This document shows, piece after piece, positions 54,008 to 64,000 of a stretch of DNA of 64,000 nucleotides. Origin of the DNA: Carpediemonas membranifera BICM (taxonomy: Eukaryota; Protista; Fornicata). The stretch is from NCBI GenBank assembly GCA_019828565.1, contig JAHDYR010000021.1, positions 124,001 through 188,000 on the forward strand, read 5' to 3'. The number at the start of each line of letters is the position of its first letter. The stretch's first letter is position 1. The position numbers were made by a program, and so were the translations under genes. The notes beneath the pieces were generated by a model. The model was given only the letters and a program-made list of their open reading frames with translations, was not told the origin of the DNA and made no database searches.

Positions 54008-56386
54008 TTACACAAGAGGCGCATGGTACATCTCATCCAACTCATCCGAGAACTGACTCATGAACTCGGTCCGGACCGTCTTCATGGAGGGCGTCATCAA
54101 CTTGTTCTCAGGCGTCCATTCAAACGGCGTAACGTGCACATTTCTGGGGAACTCGAAAGGCTTCAGCTTACCCTCGCCCAAGGTCCTAAAGTGCTGGATC
54201 AGGGCCTTCTTGAACTCGGCGCCCTGGACAGTTGCCTCGTCACCGTCCTCGGGCAGCAGGCCGGACGCCTTGCACTGGCTGATGTCAACAGTGCAAATAA
54301 CCACGACATAGGGCTCAGTGCTCCTTGCCACCGTGATAAGGGAAGGACACTCGCCGCATTCGAACGCCTGGTCGATCGCGTCGAGTCTAACGAACTCTCC
54401 CTGCTGCAGCTTAACAACGTTCTTGAGTCGGCCGACGAGTCGAGCCTTGGGCTGACCGTCAACGTACGTCACCTCAGCCACATCGCCCGTGTGGAACCAA
54501 CCGTCGTCGTCGATCTGCTCCTCGGTCAGGTCGGGTCGCTTGTAGTACTGCCTGATGACTGCGGCTCCCTTGAGGCACACCTCGCCCTTGGGGTGTTCCT
54601 GGGCTGGGTTGGCGTCGTAGCGGCCGGGGACAGAGGCGAGCTTGAACTCCATGCCGGGCACCTGGTGGCACAGATAGCCCAGGTTAGATTCGTATCTGAT
54701 ATTAGATACACCGACGCACATGGACTCTGTCAAGCCGTAGCCCTCGAATACTTCGTCCACGCAGAGGGCGACCTTGAGGAAACGCAGGGCCTTGCTGTCC
54801 ATGGGGGCTGACCCGAGCCACAGCTGCCTGACTCTACCGCCGAGCGTCGCCTTGAACTTGGAGAAGACCAGCTTGTTACCGAGCGGCGACGGCTTGATGT
54901 ATTTCCTAAACTCGAACTCGGAGTCGACTTGCCCTGAACGCTGGGTGAGGTAGCGGTTGAGGAGGTACTTCTTGACTCCAGAAGCTTGGGCGATCTTGGC
55001 CTGCATGGCGTTGTAGACTCTCATCAGAACTCTGGGCACAGCGATGAGGTAGGTCGGCTTAAGCTTGGCCATATCGCCCATCACCATCTTGATGTTGCCA
55101 GAGTAGTAGCCGATGGCGTCGCCTCTCCATATGCACATGTGCTCCACTGAACGCTGGAACACGTGAGCGAGGGGAAGGTACGACAAGATGACGTCGTGCT
55201 GGGGCTCTCCCACAGGAGAACCATGGTTGTTGCCAAGACCTACGTTTCCACTAGCAATGAGGATAGGTGGGACGAGGGCACCGCAGCGGCAGGGCACACC
55301 CTTGGGCCGATCAGTGGTGCCTGAAGAGAAGATGATAGTGAAATCGTCATCTGGCTTCATGTCGAAGTCGCCGGACGACGAGGCGGCCTTGCCACGGGTC
55401 AGGGCAACATTCCACTCAATTGCCACAGGTCCTTTCGCAGGATAAGGGCACATGGCGTCCTTGACTGTAGAAAATCGAGCCATGTTGGGGGGGATGAGGA
55501 CGCTGCCGTAGTCTAGAGCGCTGATGATGGAGGGCGTAGGTGGGGCAAAGGAGGAGAGCTCGGACTTGCAGTCATCCCAGTTGTAAATGGAGGAGTCGTC
55601 CTTGCGGCGGAGGTCAATGTTGTGGCGTTCGCAGAATAGAGCACCCGTGGAGGCGAGGAGCATGCCGGGGTCAAATGGGTCCATGGAAATGACGAGTTCA
55701 AGGGTAGGGACGACGTCTACGAGGGAGAGGATCAGGGGGGCGTGGCGCTTGTCCACAAAGGCGGCCTTGACGTCGGTGAGCTCGCAAATGTACATGAGAT
55801 TGTCAACACCGAGGGCATCGTACAAAGGCACCGTGACGAGGCCCGCGGCCATGCAGGCGAGGTCTGCGATGAGCCACTCGATACGGTTCCTGCCGTAAAT
55901 GACGACGCGGTCGCCGGGTTCGAGGGACGTGGAGCGGAGGAAGTCACGCATCTCGTCAACATATGTGGCCACCTCGGCATATGTGAGCCACTTGTAATCG
56001 CCGTAGCGGTTGACATCCGTCTGGACGCGGGCGCCGAGCATGCAGCGCTCTGCGTAGAGCTCAACAGATTCGCGGAAGGAGCGGAGCGGCGTGTATTGTG
56101 CCCACCGGTTCTCCTTATTCCATTGGATGGTGCGGGGAGTGAGCTCAAACTCAGATTTCTTGCCCGCAAGACCGAGAGGATGGAAATCGAAGACAAAGTC
56201 GGATGGCTCCTTCTTATCTGTCGTTTCAACTGCATCCACAGTGGTCTTTTCGGGGATTTCTACACTGATCATACCGTTCTGAGCGCTCTGAACGTTCTCG
56301 TCACTCATTCGTTGCGTCTCGATTTGGTTCGAAGTCTCAAACTCACCAGCAGAAAACAAAAGATTTGATGCACCAGATCTGGACAT
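54008..56386 (-). CDS. Long-chain acyl-CoA synthetase
   Basis: IFSSGTTDRPKGV, YLPLAH, EGYGLTE, GWFHTGD and RLKNVVKL motifs. Confidence 0.93.
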   Translation of the reverse strand: MSRSGASNLLFSAGEFETSNQIETQRMSDENVQSAQNGMISVEIPEKTTVDAVETTDKKEPSDFVFDFHPLGLAGKKSEFELTPRTIQWNKENRWAQYTPLRSFRESVELYAERCMLGARVQTDVNRYGDYKWLTYAEVATYVDEMRDFLRSTSLEPGDRVVIYGRNRIEWLIADLACMAAGLVTVPLYDALGVDNLMYICELTDVKAAFVDKRHAPLILSLVDVVPTLELVISMDPFDPGMLLASTGALFCERHNIDLRRKDDSSIYNWDDCKSELSSFAPPTPSIISALDYGSVLIPPNMARFSTVKDAMCPYPAKGPVAIEWNVALTRGKAASSSGDFDMKPDDDFTIIFSSGTTDRPKGVPCRCGALVPPILIASGNVGLGNNHGSPVGEPQHDVILSYLPLAHVFQRSVEHMCIWRGDAIGYYSGNIKMVMGDMAKLKPTYLIAVPRVLMRVYNAMQAKIAQASGVKKYLLNRYLTQRSGQVDSEFEFRKYIKPSPLGNKLVFSKFKATLGGRVRQLWLGSAPMDSKALRFLKVALCVDEVFEGYGLTESMCVGVSNIRYESNLGYLCHQVPGMEFKLASVPGRYDANPAQEHPKGEVCLKGAAVIRQYYKRPDLTEEQIDDDGWFHTGDVAEVTYVDGQPKARLVGRLKNVVKLQQGEFVRLDAIDQAFECGECPSLITVARSTEPYVVVICTVDISQCKASGLLPEDGDEATVQGAEFKKALIQHFRTLGEGKLKPFEFPRNVHVTPFEWTPENKLMTPSMKTVRTEFMSQFSDELDEMYHAPLV

Positions 56387-56812
56387 CGGCGGGGGTGGTG
56401 ACCGGCGCCCCTGTCATGCCAAAGTTTGGCCAGTGATATTTCAGAAGCCATCGGTTGGATATCACCCGATTTTTTCAGTGCCGCCACCATTGACGAAGCT
56501 CCTAACGCGTTCTTTATGCGAAAATGAGTCGGTGGTGACCAAGAATTGCTCCAGCACGGTACCAGCCACCCGGTCACCCGCACTTCGACATGATAGAGTC
56601 CCGCTATGGTCCACAAACGCAGTTGTCAAGTGAGTCAAGTGAACTAATCAGACAATCCCACAACAGCTGCGGGACCAGCTCAGCAAAGGACAGCAGAGAC
56701 CCGCCCCGCTCCAGACCCGGCGGTATTGAAGTAGAGGCACAGCTTCGTGTCCTCTAGCTACGTCTTGAACTGTGCTTAAAGCAGCGACGACATTGCAACA
56801 TATCCTAGTCGC

Positions 56813-57171
56813 TCAATCAATGTTCAACTCGCTGAGCTTCCAGTCCTCATACGACCGATCGGGCAGGTATCTCCGAATGATCATGGGGATCTTCGGGGGC
56901 TTGGCAGCGAGCTCCATCTCGGCAACCTCGAGGGGGTCGGTGACACCTGGCTTCACATTGATCATCGCAGGGGCGTTCATGGAGAGCTGAAGAGCACGTG
57001 CACCAAGAATACGAGCGCGTTCGTATTTCGTGAGATAAGGAGTGGTTTGGCGCTCCTCAAGAGGCTATGTAAGAAAGCTGGTGTTCCCCTTGCTGTAGGA
57101 GAGCAAAGAGATGTTAAACAGACAATTTCTACGGACTCAATAGGCTCGATGACGTCAACGTTGTCGTTCAT
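56813..57171 (-). CDS. RPB6: RNA polymerase common subunit Rpb6 (intron-containing)
   Basis: Manual translation gives [26 protein letters not shown]...[16 protein letters not shown]; not in the ORF track. Confidence 0.9.
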
Positions 57172-57539
57172 CGCTTTGGGGCACTGATGGTGAGCTTTGA
57201 AGCCGTTTTCACATTTTTTATTTTATTCAAGCAAAACGCGCGTCCACGCAACGGTAACCAAGGCGGGGAGGGGGGGGTATGTGCGCTTAGATCGGGGGAG
57301 CGGGCTGAGGGGTGGTTTTTAGGAGAGTCTGTTGGACAGCAACTTATCCTGCACCGCCTTTGTCCAGTTTTTCCTGAAATAATGAAGCACCGCAATAGAG
57401 TCAACCACGCGTGGTAATTCCGTTGGTCATGCCGTCCAGTGGTGCTACCAGCCTCTCCCGTCCCTGCCTGAACCATGCTGGTTGGGTGCTTTGACCAGCG
57501 TTGAAACAGGGCACTCAAATGACGAACGGAACACTACGC

Positions 57540-59190
57540 ATGCCGTTGTTCCTTCTTCTCGCTCTATTCGCTGTGGTAAGCGCGGAAGTAGTCCCTGGCT
57601 CTGTTATCATGCAGAGTGGATCCCTTGTATTCCAGAACAAGGAAGACGCGAAGGCTATTGCTTCCGGTACGTTAATACCACTCAGTTTCTCACACAGGCA
57701 ACTTTGAAGATGTTATGAACAGCACAGGATGGTCCTACCTCCACGTCACTACGAACGGCGATTACAAGGATGGCTACCAAGCCATCTCTGCAGGCTACCT
57801 CGAGGGCTATCTCACCGCTGACCTTCTCGAGGCGCAGTGGCACAACTACCACGACCACTTCGTCTCGTACTTCACTGACAACCAGGTTCCCGACGCTGTG
57901 ATCACATTTTTCACAGACCACTACTCCTACATGGTTCAGCAGACCCAGATGAAGGCGTACAGCGACGACTACTGGTACCAGGTCATGCTCAGACTCAAGG
58001 AGCTGCAGGGTATGACCGACGGCTACAATGCCGCGGGCAAGAAGACGCAGCTTTCCGTCATCGACATGCTCATGATGACTTCCGAGGGTGACTGCTACGA
58101 GATCGTCCCCGCGGTCATGCAGGCCGCTGAGAAGGACACGCGCCTGTCCATCCCCGACTTCCAGGCCTTCGACATCGAGGCCGAGCGCCACTTCCACTTC
58201 CGGACGCACTGCAGCGCCCTGATCAAGCTCTCGGGGAACGAGGTCGCCGCAGGCCACACTACATGGACCCAGATGAGTGAGATGGTTCGCGTTTACAAGT
58301 CTTTTGAGTACAACTTCTCGACAGGCAAGGCAAAGTACTCGTTCTCCTCCAAGCCCGGCATGCTGTTCAGCAAGGACGACTACTACACCGTCGAGACCCC
58401 CGCTGGCCACAAGATGGTGGTGATGGAGACCACCAACAGCATCATGAACACGACGCTGTACCAGTTCGTCAAGCCGCAGACGCTGCTGACCTGGATGAGA
58501 GTGCCGCTCGCCATCAGGATGGCCGCGACGCCCCAGCAGTGGTTCGAGGTGTTCGAGAAGGAGAACAGCGGCACGTACTGCAACCAGTGGATGGTGTTGG
58601 ACACGAAGATGATCAACGCCGACGGGACCATGCAACCCGGGTCCTTCTTTGTCGGCGAGCAGATCCCAGGATACGTCCACTACGCTGATATGACGGCCGT
58701 GCTCAACGAGCAGGGCTACTGGCCGTCCTACAACATCCCGTACTTCAAGGACATCTACACCGTCAGTGGCTACCCCAACGCCGTCGCAAAGAAGGGCGAC
58801 GGCTACTCGTACACCAAGTGCCCCCGCGCCCGCCTCTTCGCCGAGCACCAGGCGACTGCCACTGGTGCCCAGGGCGTCTTCGACCTCCTCCGCTACAACG
58901 ACCCCACCGACCCCGTCCAGAACGGGTCCCCAGCCGCAGCCATCGCCTCTAGATACGACCTGCTGCCCCCTACTGACCCCCTGCACGCGGCATTCGGTGC
59001 CATTGACGCGAAGACCACGGATTCTTCGCTGCTGAGGACCAAGAGCCTCGAGACGGCCTCGCTGATCCAGTCGGGCCCAACCCACAACAACGGCCGGCCG
59101 GCCTTCAGCTGGAGCGGGTATGTAGGGCAGACGTTCACACACCTGGGCATGCCCGACGCATGGAGCATGCCTCAGGTGCAGAGCAAGTAA
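57540..59190 (+). CDS. Phospholipase B-like secreted Ntn hydrolase; intron ~57668-57698
   Basis: Signal peptide, TGWSYL, HCSALIK, SKDDY, ETT, NSGTYCNQW, YWPSYN and RYND motifs. Confidence 0.92.
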
Positions 59191-59578
59191 ATATTTTTTC
59201 TCAAACAAAGCCAGACATGTGGGTGTGCATAAGGGTGTGAAGGGTGTGTTAATAGCAAATCTATTTAAGCCAAAATCGCCTCTGATCGTGACGAAGGCCT
59301 ACCCAATCGCAGGAAAATCCATTGATTTGGGAGTGTTACCCACGACATTCAAAGTTGGCAACAGACAAGACAATCTCCAACTCCAGTTTCGTATGAATAG
59401 GTAAGGTCGGATTGATCATTTGGGCCAGAACTGGCGGAAGGTCTCGTTGGGCTCACAACTTAGACCAGAAGGTTGGCCAGAAAATCGAGATATATCGAGA
59501 TAAAATCGCCATAATTGGCGCCGTTGACCAACTTTGAAAGACTACACCACACAATTGAACCGGAATCGGCACCAAGAC

Positions 59579-60196
59579 ATGGTTTTTGAACTAGTTCTTT
59601 ATGTCAATGGATTAGAAGCAGCTGTAAGCCTAATGGTGCGTGCTGGCTTCTTCACTGCCTCCCAAATCCGCGAACAGTTTGTCGACGTCGCCGACCAGCC
59701 CAGCGTCGGTCTAAACAAGGACACCATCGAGGAAGACATCAATAAGATCATCAGGGAGACGCTCTCAAAGCTTAAGGAGGAGTCTAAGTCGTGGCCTGAG
59801 GAGACAGACAACGACCGTCTCTCCCGAGCGTTCAAGAACTTGAATGCTGTCGGCATCAAGGCTGTCGAGTGCTTCGGCTACGAGAAATCTGATGGAAATG
59901 AACTATATCACAAGATCAAGAACAAGAAGCGTTTCCGAGGATATTGCTTTTACCACCGCCAAGACGTCATCACCGCCGTCAGAAATGGCGGCGTCGCCAT
60001 CAGATTCGACACAACCAAGCCAAAGACCATCGCCGAAGAGCAGGCCGAGATCGGCCGGCTGGTCCAGTCTGCCCTGGTGAACGTCGGGCTGGAGACGGAT
60101 TGGAACGGCACAGCTGGAAGAGTTATTTGGGTCAAACCGTTCGAATGGTGTAAGAGAGAGGCGCTGTCGATGGCTGCTGAGGAGGAGGTCGAATAA
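59579..60196 (+). CDS. DUF6891-like protein of bacterial type
   Basis: TDNDRL.RAF..L...GI...FG...SDG...RGYCFYH.QD...W.G pattern, recalled from bacterial proteins. Confidence 0.6.
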   Translation: MVFELVLYVNGLEAAVSLMVRAGFFTASQIREQFVDVADQPSVGLNKDTIEEDINKIIRETLSKLKEESKSWPEETDNDRLSRAFKNLNAVGIKAVECFGYEKSDGNELYHKIKNKKRFRGYCFYHRQDVITAVRNGGVAIRFDTTKPKTIAEEQAEIGRLVQSALVNVGLETDWNGTAGRVIWVKPFEWCKREALSMAAEEEVE

Positions 60197-60327
60197 GTGG
60201 AGTGGTTCATAAACATAACAAAAGAGTGAAGACTTAAGATGAAGTATTGGTGAACGACGTGAACGTATCGATGGGCAATGCTGAGAGGCTGCACGGTTAT
60301 GACAATGGATGCATGGAGTCCCAAAGC

Positions 60328-61071
60328 TCAGTACTCCTTAGGCTTCTCGAACCCCATCCTGACACAAGCGGCCCACGATACGGTCTCATGGCAACCTGGG
60401 CACTCGAACTCGGTCGGGACCAGGCCGTCTGGCACATCCTTGAGTGCCCAAGCTGCCAGACACTCTGGGTGAGCTGGTATATAACATAGGGGGCATCCTA
60501 CAGTGTCCCCGGAGACAGCGCAGTCGCATATGGAGCACACAGCTCTGGTGCCGTCCTCAGCGATGTCCAGCGCACACGCGCTCTTGTCGAGGAAAATGCA
60601 CTTGTCCAGCGGCCCTGTAGTGACAGGCATGTGTTTCCCTAGGACTAACGGGATGTCCTCGGCCCACGGGTGTGGGTTCACCCAGTGCACAGCGAGCGGC
60701 ATGAGAGACCACGGTGGGGTCTGAAGCATGAGTTTTAGGACATTCATGGAGTAGGTGACGAGGTTGTGGCGGCCGAAGCTCTTGCCGCTGACGATATCCC
60801 GCAGGAGGACGGAGTCGGTGGGGTATGTCCAGTTCCATTCGAACTGGAGGCCGGCGATGTTGTTACTGAAGCCATGTACGAAGCATATGACTTGCCACGG
60901 CTTCTTTTTGCTGGTTCTACGAGCTCCGTTAGCGATTTGGCCGTTGTGCTGTCGAATACGGCGTTGCATGTTGACTGTGTAGCCGATGTACGCGTGATTG
61001 AGATACTTCTCGTTCAAGCAACCAAGGAGGTAGCATCCATGGAAGCCATCGGGCCCAGTGAACACATTCAT
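60328..61071 (-). CDS. SLX1: Structure-specific endonuclease Slx1
   Basis: GCYLL...YIGYTVN..RRIRQHNG...GARRT...LQFEW and a C-terminal RING-like Cys pattern. Confidence 0.9.
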   Translation of the reverse strand: MNVFTGPDGFHGCYLLGCLNEKYLNHAYIGYTVNMQRRIRQHNGQIANGARRTSKKKPWQVICFVHGFSNNIAGLQFEWNWTYPTDSVLLRDIVSGKSFGRHNLVTYSMNVLKLMLQTPPWSLMPLAVHWVNPHPWAEDIPLVLGKHMPVTTGPLDKCIFLDKSACALDIAEDGTRAVCSICDCAVSGDTVGCPLCYIPAHPECLAAWALKDVPDGLVPTEFECPGCHETVSWAACVRMGFEKPKEY

Positions 61072-61537
61072 CCACGCTCTCGCGCACGCCAGCGTTATCC
61101 TGCGTTTTCGTCAGCTGAAGTCTGCTACAGACGATTGAGAGTTACTTTACTGCTTGCACTGTGCACTCAATGATACTTCATCAGCTTCCACTCGACTCCC
61201 ACGCCCCTGGCGTTGACCGCAGAATCAGTCACACTGTCAGTCTCAACAATCCATCCATCCATCTGCCGGTATCACTTCGGTTCCAGCACCGCAACATCTT
61301 GTGACTCACGAGATTCAGCTCCCAGGGTCAAGACAGAACAACGCTGACACTGATTTAGTATTCACTCCGAGAGGTCTCACATTCGGGCATTGGCATCAGA
61401 TGATGATAGTCGTCGCTGTCAGGCCGCTGCCGTGAAACCCCTCCCAGACAGAACCTGGGTTGACTCAACGACACGATTGAAATGGTCACGATGAGCAATG
61501 ATGTCTATAACATATGCTGTGTCGTCCGTTGCTACCC

Positions 61538-61957
61538 CTACACGCCAACGGGATTGAACGATGGTCGAACAGTAAACAGGGCGCGTCGCCGCACCACGGC
61601 GCTGATGGAGTATGACGTGTGGTGCTGGGCGCTGTTGTCCACCGCACCGACGATGGCCTGGGACTGCATGGTCTTGAGCCGCTCCTCGTCAGCGGAGATG
61701 GCCGCCTCGACGTCCCGCTGGCGCTTCATCACAAGGAACGGCTTTTGAAGCGTCTCCCACTTGCCAATAAGCCTGTGAAATCCTGAGATAAGCACGGGTT
61801 TGCCGTCCTCTTCAACAAGGTTGCCGATCTCGCGCCCTTGACGTTGTTCTGAGGACACATCGAAGTGCCCCTGGAACTCGAAAAGCACCCACTCATCGAT
61901 CGCTCCAGTACGGTTAAATATGGGAATTGGCTTCGTTATGTTCCTCGTGGTTCTCAT
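61538..61957 (-). CDS. CTF8: Chromosome transmission fidelity protein Ctf8
   Basis: EWVLFEFQG...IGNL...G.HRLIGK...L.KPFLV...VRRRALF..RP. Confidence 0.8.
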   Translation of the reverse strand: MRTTRNITKPIPIFNRTGAIDEWVLFEFQGHFDVSSEQRQGREIGNLVEEDGKPVLISGFHRLIGKWETLQKPFLVMKRQRDVEAAISADEERLKTMQSQAIVGAVDNSAQHHTSYSISAVVRRRALFTVRPSFNPVGV

Positions 61958-61995
61958 GGTCGATATTGAAGCAATTTGGCGGACTGCGTCGCCTC

Positions 61996-62074
61996 TGTTG
62001 CGCAGTATAAACACATTGTTCGAACCTCCAGACAGGGCCTGAAAGGAACGATCAAAGTGCCAAACTGCACAACA
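61996..62074 (-). ncRNA. Putative omegaRNA scaffold of copy A2
   Basis: Same hairpin as 3498-3577. Confidence 0.6.
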
Positions 62075-63355
62075 TCATCCGTCCGTAGACGAATGTTGGC
62101 GGTTAGCCAATTGATGATGCTGGAATGATGTTGGAAGGCGCGGGATCGATGTGCGACTGAACGGAGAGCCACTGAGCTCATCTTCCGTGGCAAGAGAACG
62201 CCACAGGATGTCTCTGCAGCACTCTTGTCCCGATGATCAACATTCAGAGCATCAGGAACTGTTGCGCGCCACTGAGCACCACGGCACTGTGGATTTTCGC
62301 AGAGCATCACACGATGTGGGTGAACGTGCTGGTCATCACGCGGACGAACTCGCTTGTAGGGGGCGTGGCAGTGAGGGCAGACGACGGTGGTGCGATCCTC
62401 GTTAACCATGTTAAGATCGACGACAATGTTATACCCCTTGAGAAGGGAACTATCTCTCTCGCGAACTTTCGATATGGCGCGCAAGGAATGAACATACCAG
62501 CAGGCGTGGTGAATCCCGAGCTCCCGTAGAAGACTTTCAGGCGAATGGGGGTGGCGATGGGATGGTGGCGACCGAACTCCCGAGCCAACTGTTGGCCGCA
62601 GCGGGCGAAGTGCTTCTGGCGAAGGATGTGGTTCGCAAAGCGCACTAGGCGGAAAGACTTACGCATTCCAGCCTCGAAAATGTCGTTCGCGTTGTCCAGC
62701 ACAAACCTCATAGAGTTGTTGATACTCACTAGTCTTGTACTCTTGAACGACGCGGCCGTCATATCAAAGCCGAAACTTGGCGTCTTAGTGTATCCGCACT
62801 TTGGAAGGACGCCGGAGCTGGTGGTGCCATCGGGGTGCCTGATGTAATACCCTCCGATGGACCTCGCGCCCGGGTCGAACCCCATGAGGTGGGCATCAGG
62901 ATCCGGCGCGGGCGGAGCATCGGCATTATTGGTCCCGAGTCGGGGGCGCTCTTTCTCCCGCCATTTCGCTCGCTTTCGAACAGGCATGCTCGCATCATGT
63001 TGTGGCCGATAGTGGCCGAAGCCTCTCTAATCGTCACCGCCACACAGACCCCATCGGTGCTCAGGCTGAGCAGACGGCCCATTGACCTGGGGTTGTTCTG
63101 GTATGGGTCCTCCTGCTCTTCTGTCAACGGTTTGGTGGCGTGTGGGAGTGTGGGATTAATTCCCACACGATGACAGAAGTTCTCGTTCAGTTGGCCCATC
63201 GTTTCACCGTAGGCCATGAAGCCCGGTCGGACGGGGGCCATGGGCACGATCGGCACGAGGCGAGGCTGGCGGAGCGACATCGAGTACTCCCCGTTGAAGT
63301 GGCTGATGAGGCCACTCAACGTCTCCACTCCGTCTGCAATTGCCCAGACGCACAC
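62075..63355 (-). pseudogene. Fanzor1-like gene copy A2, three 1-bp frameshifts (possibly sequencing errors)
   Basis: All D-E-D and Cys motifs retained; deletions fall in GG, CCCC and AA runs. Confidence 0.75.
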
Positions 63356-63801
63356 ATGTAGAGCCGACGATGAACACCATTACCAGCATATACAAGTGTA
63401 GAAGTGAATTTAATGTGGAATAGAAGACAATGAGACGACGTGTGAGCGATTGTGAAGTTTGCAGCTGTGCTGACGTCCACGAAGAAGACGCTTTGTGGAA
63501 GCCCTGGAGAAGACGATCTCCCTACCGACTTAAGACGTGAGTAGGAGGGAGACAGGGCAGTGTTGCGCAGTATAAACACATTGTTTGACCCTTCAATTGC
63601 ACAGCCTCGAGTTGCTAAAACTGCGAAATCCTGCTCACTCGCGGCGTGCTCCAAAGCGCAACCTCTGGGAGCTAACCGTCCACGTCCAGACAGGCTGATG
63701 CCCGAGTCTTGCAGGTCTGACCAGCCCTACTGACAACCGCACCTGAAGCAACTGCAATCCAAAGAGGGCAAGGGCTGAAACTTGCATTTACACGAAACAG
63801 C

Positions 63802-64000
63802 TTACACCCCTTCCATCTCCTCCGTGCCGACCATGCGGGGCACAGCGTTCTCCCCGCTCACAACCATGACCTCGAGGTCGCCGACGACAACCTCGTTGCC
63901 AATAGCGTCGCGCATGGCAGCAACGGCGAGCTTGATGGCACCGTTCAGTGAGAGGTCGGCGGGCTCAGTGGCATCCTCGCCGAGGGACTTCTCGAGGAAC
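63802..64000 (-). CDS. 20S proteasome alpha subunit, C-terminal part
   Basis: FLEK...AIKLAVAAMRDAIG.....DLEVMVVS...EEME*. Confidence 0.7.
   Translation of the reverse strand, partial: FLEKSLGEDATEPADLSLNGAIKLAVAAMRDAIGNEVVVGDLEVMVVSGENAVPRMVGTEEMEGV

Larger units (their letters stand above)
61996..63603 (-). mobile_element. Fanzor-carrying transposon, copy A2 (1608 bp)
   Basis: Reverse complement of 1966-3577 (about 99% by eye), TGT...ACA termini, GCCTC duplicated at 61991-61995 and 63604-63608. Confidence 0.92.

Overview
Gene-dense eukaryotic DNA in the standard genetic code, with very short GT-AG introns (about 20-45 nt). The anaerobic-metabolism genes (ornithine carbamoyltransferase-carbamate kinase fusion, ADP-forming acetyl-CoA synthetase) point to a free-living metamonad such as Carpediemonas; this is inference. 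About 35 housekeeping genes are present. The main discovery is three insertions of a non-autonomous DNA transposon (1966-3577 +, 27813-29589 -, 61996-63603 -). Each has TGT...ACA termini and a perfect 5-bp target-site duplication (GAGCT, GATGC and GCCTC on the + strand). Each carries a single compact Fanzor1/TnpB-like RuvC + Zn-finger ORF, followed by an 80-105 nt imperfect hairpin that ends exactly at the right terminus (candidate omegaRNA scaffold). All three right ends lie 12-38 nt upstream of a co-oriented host ATG. The window also holds a ~2.8 kb inverted duplication of the ACS gene, a repeated ~50-codon micro-ORF and a bacterial-type DUF6891-like gene. Several single-base frameshifts fall in homopolymer runs and are probably long-read errors.
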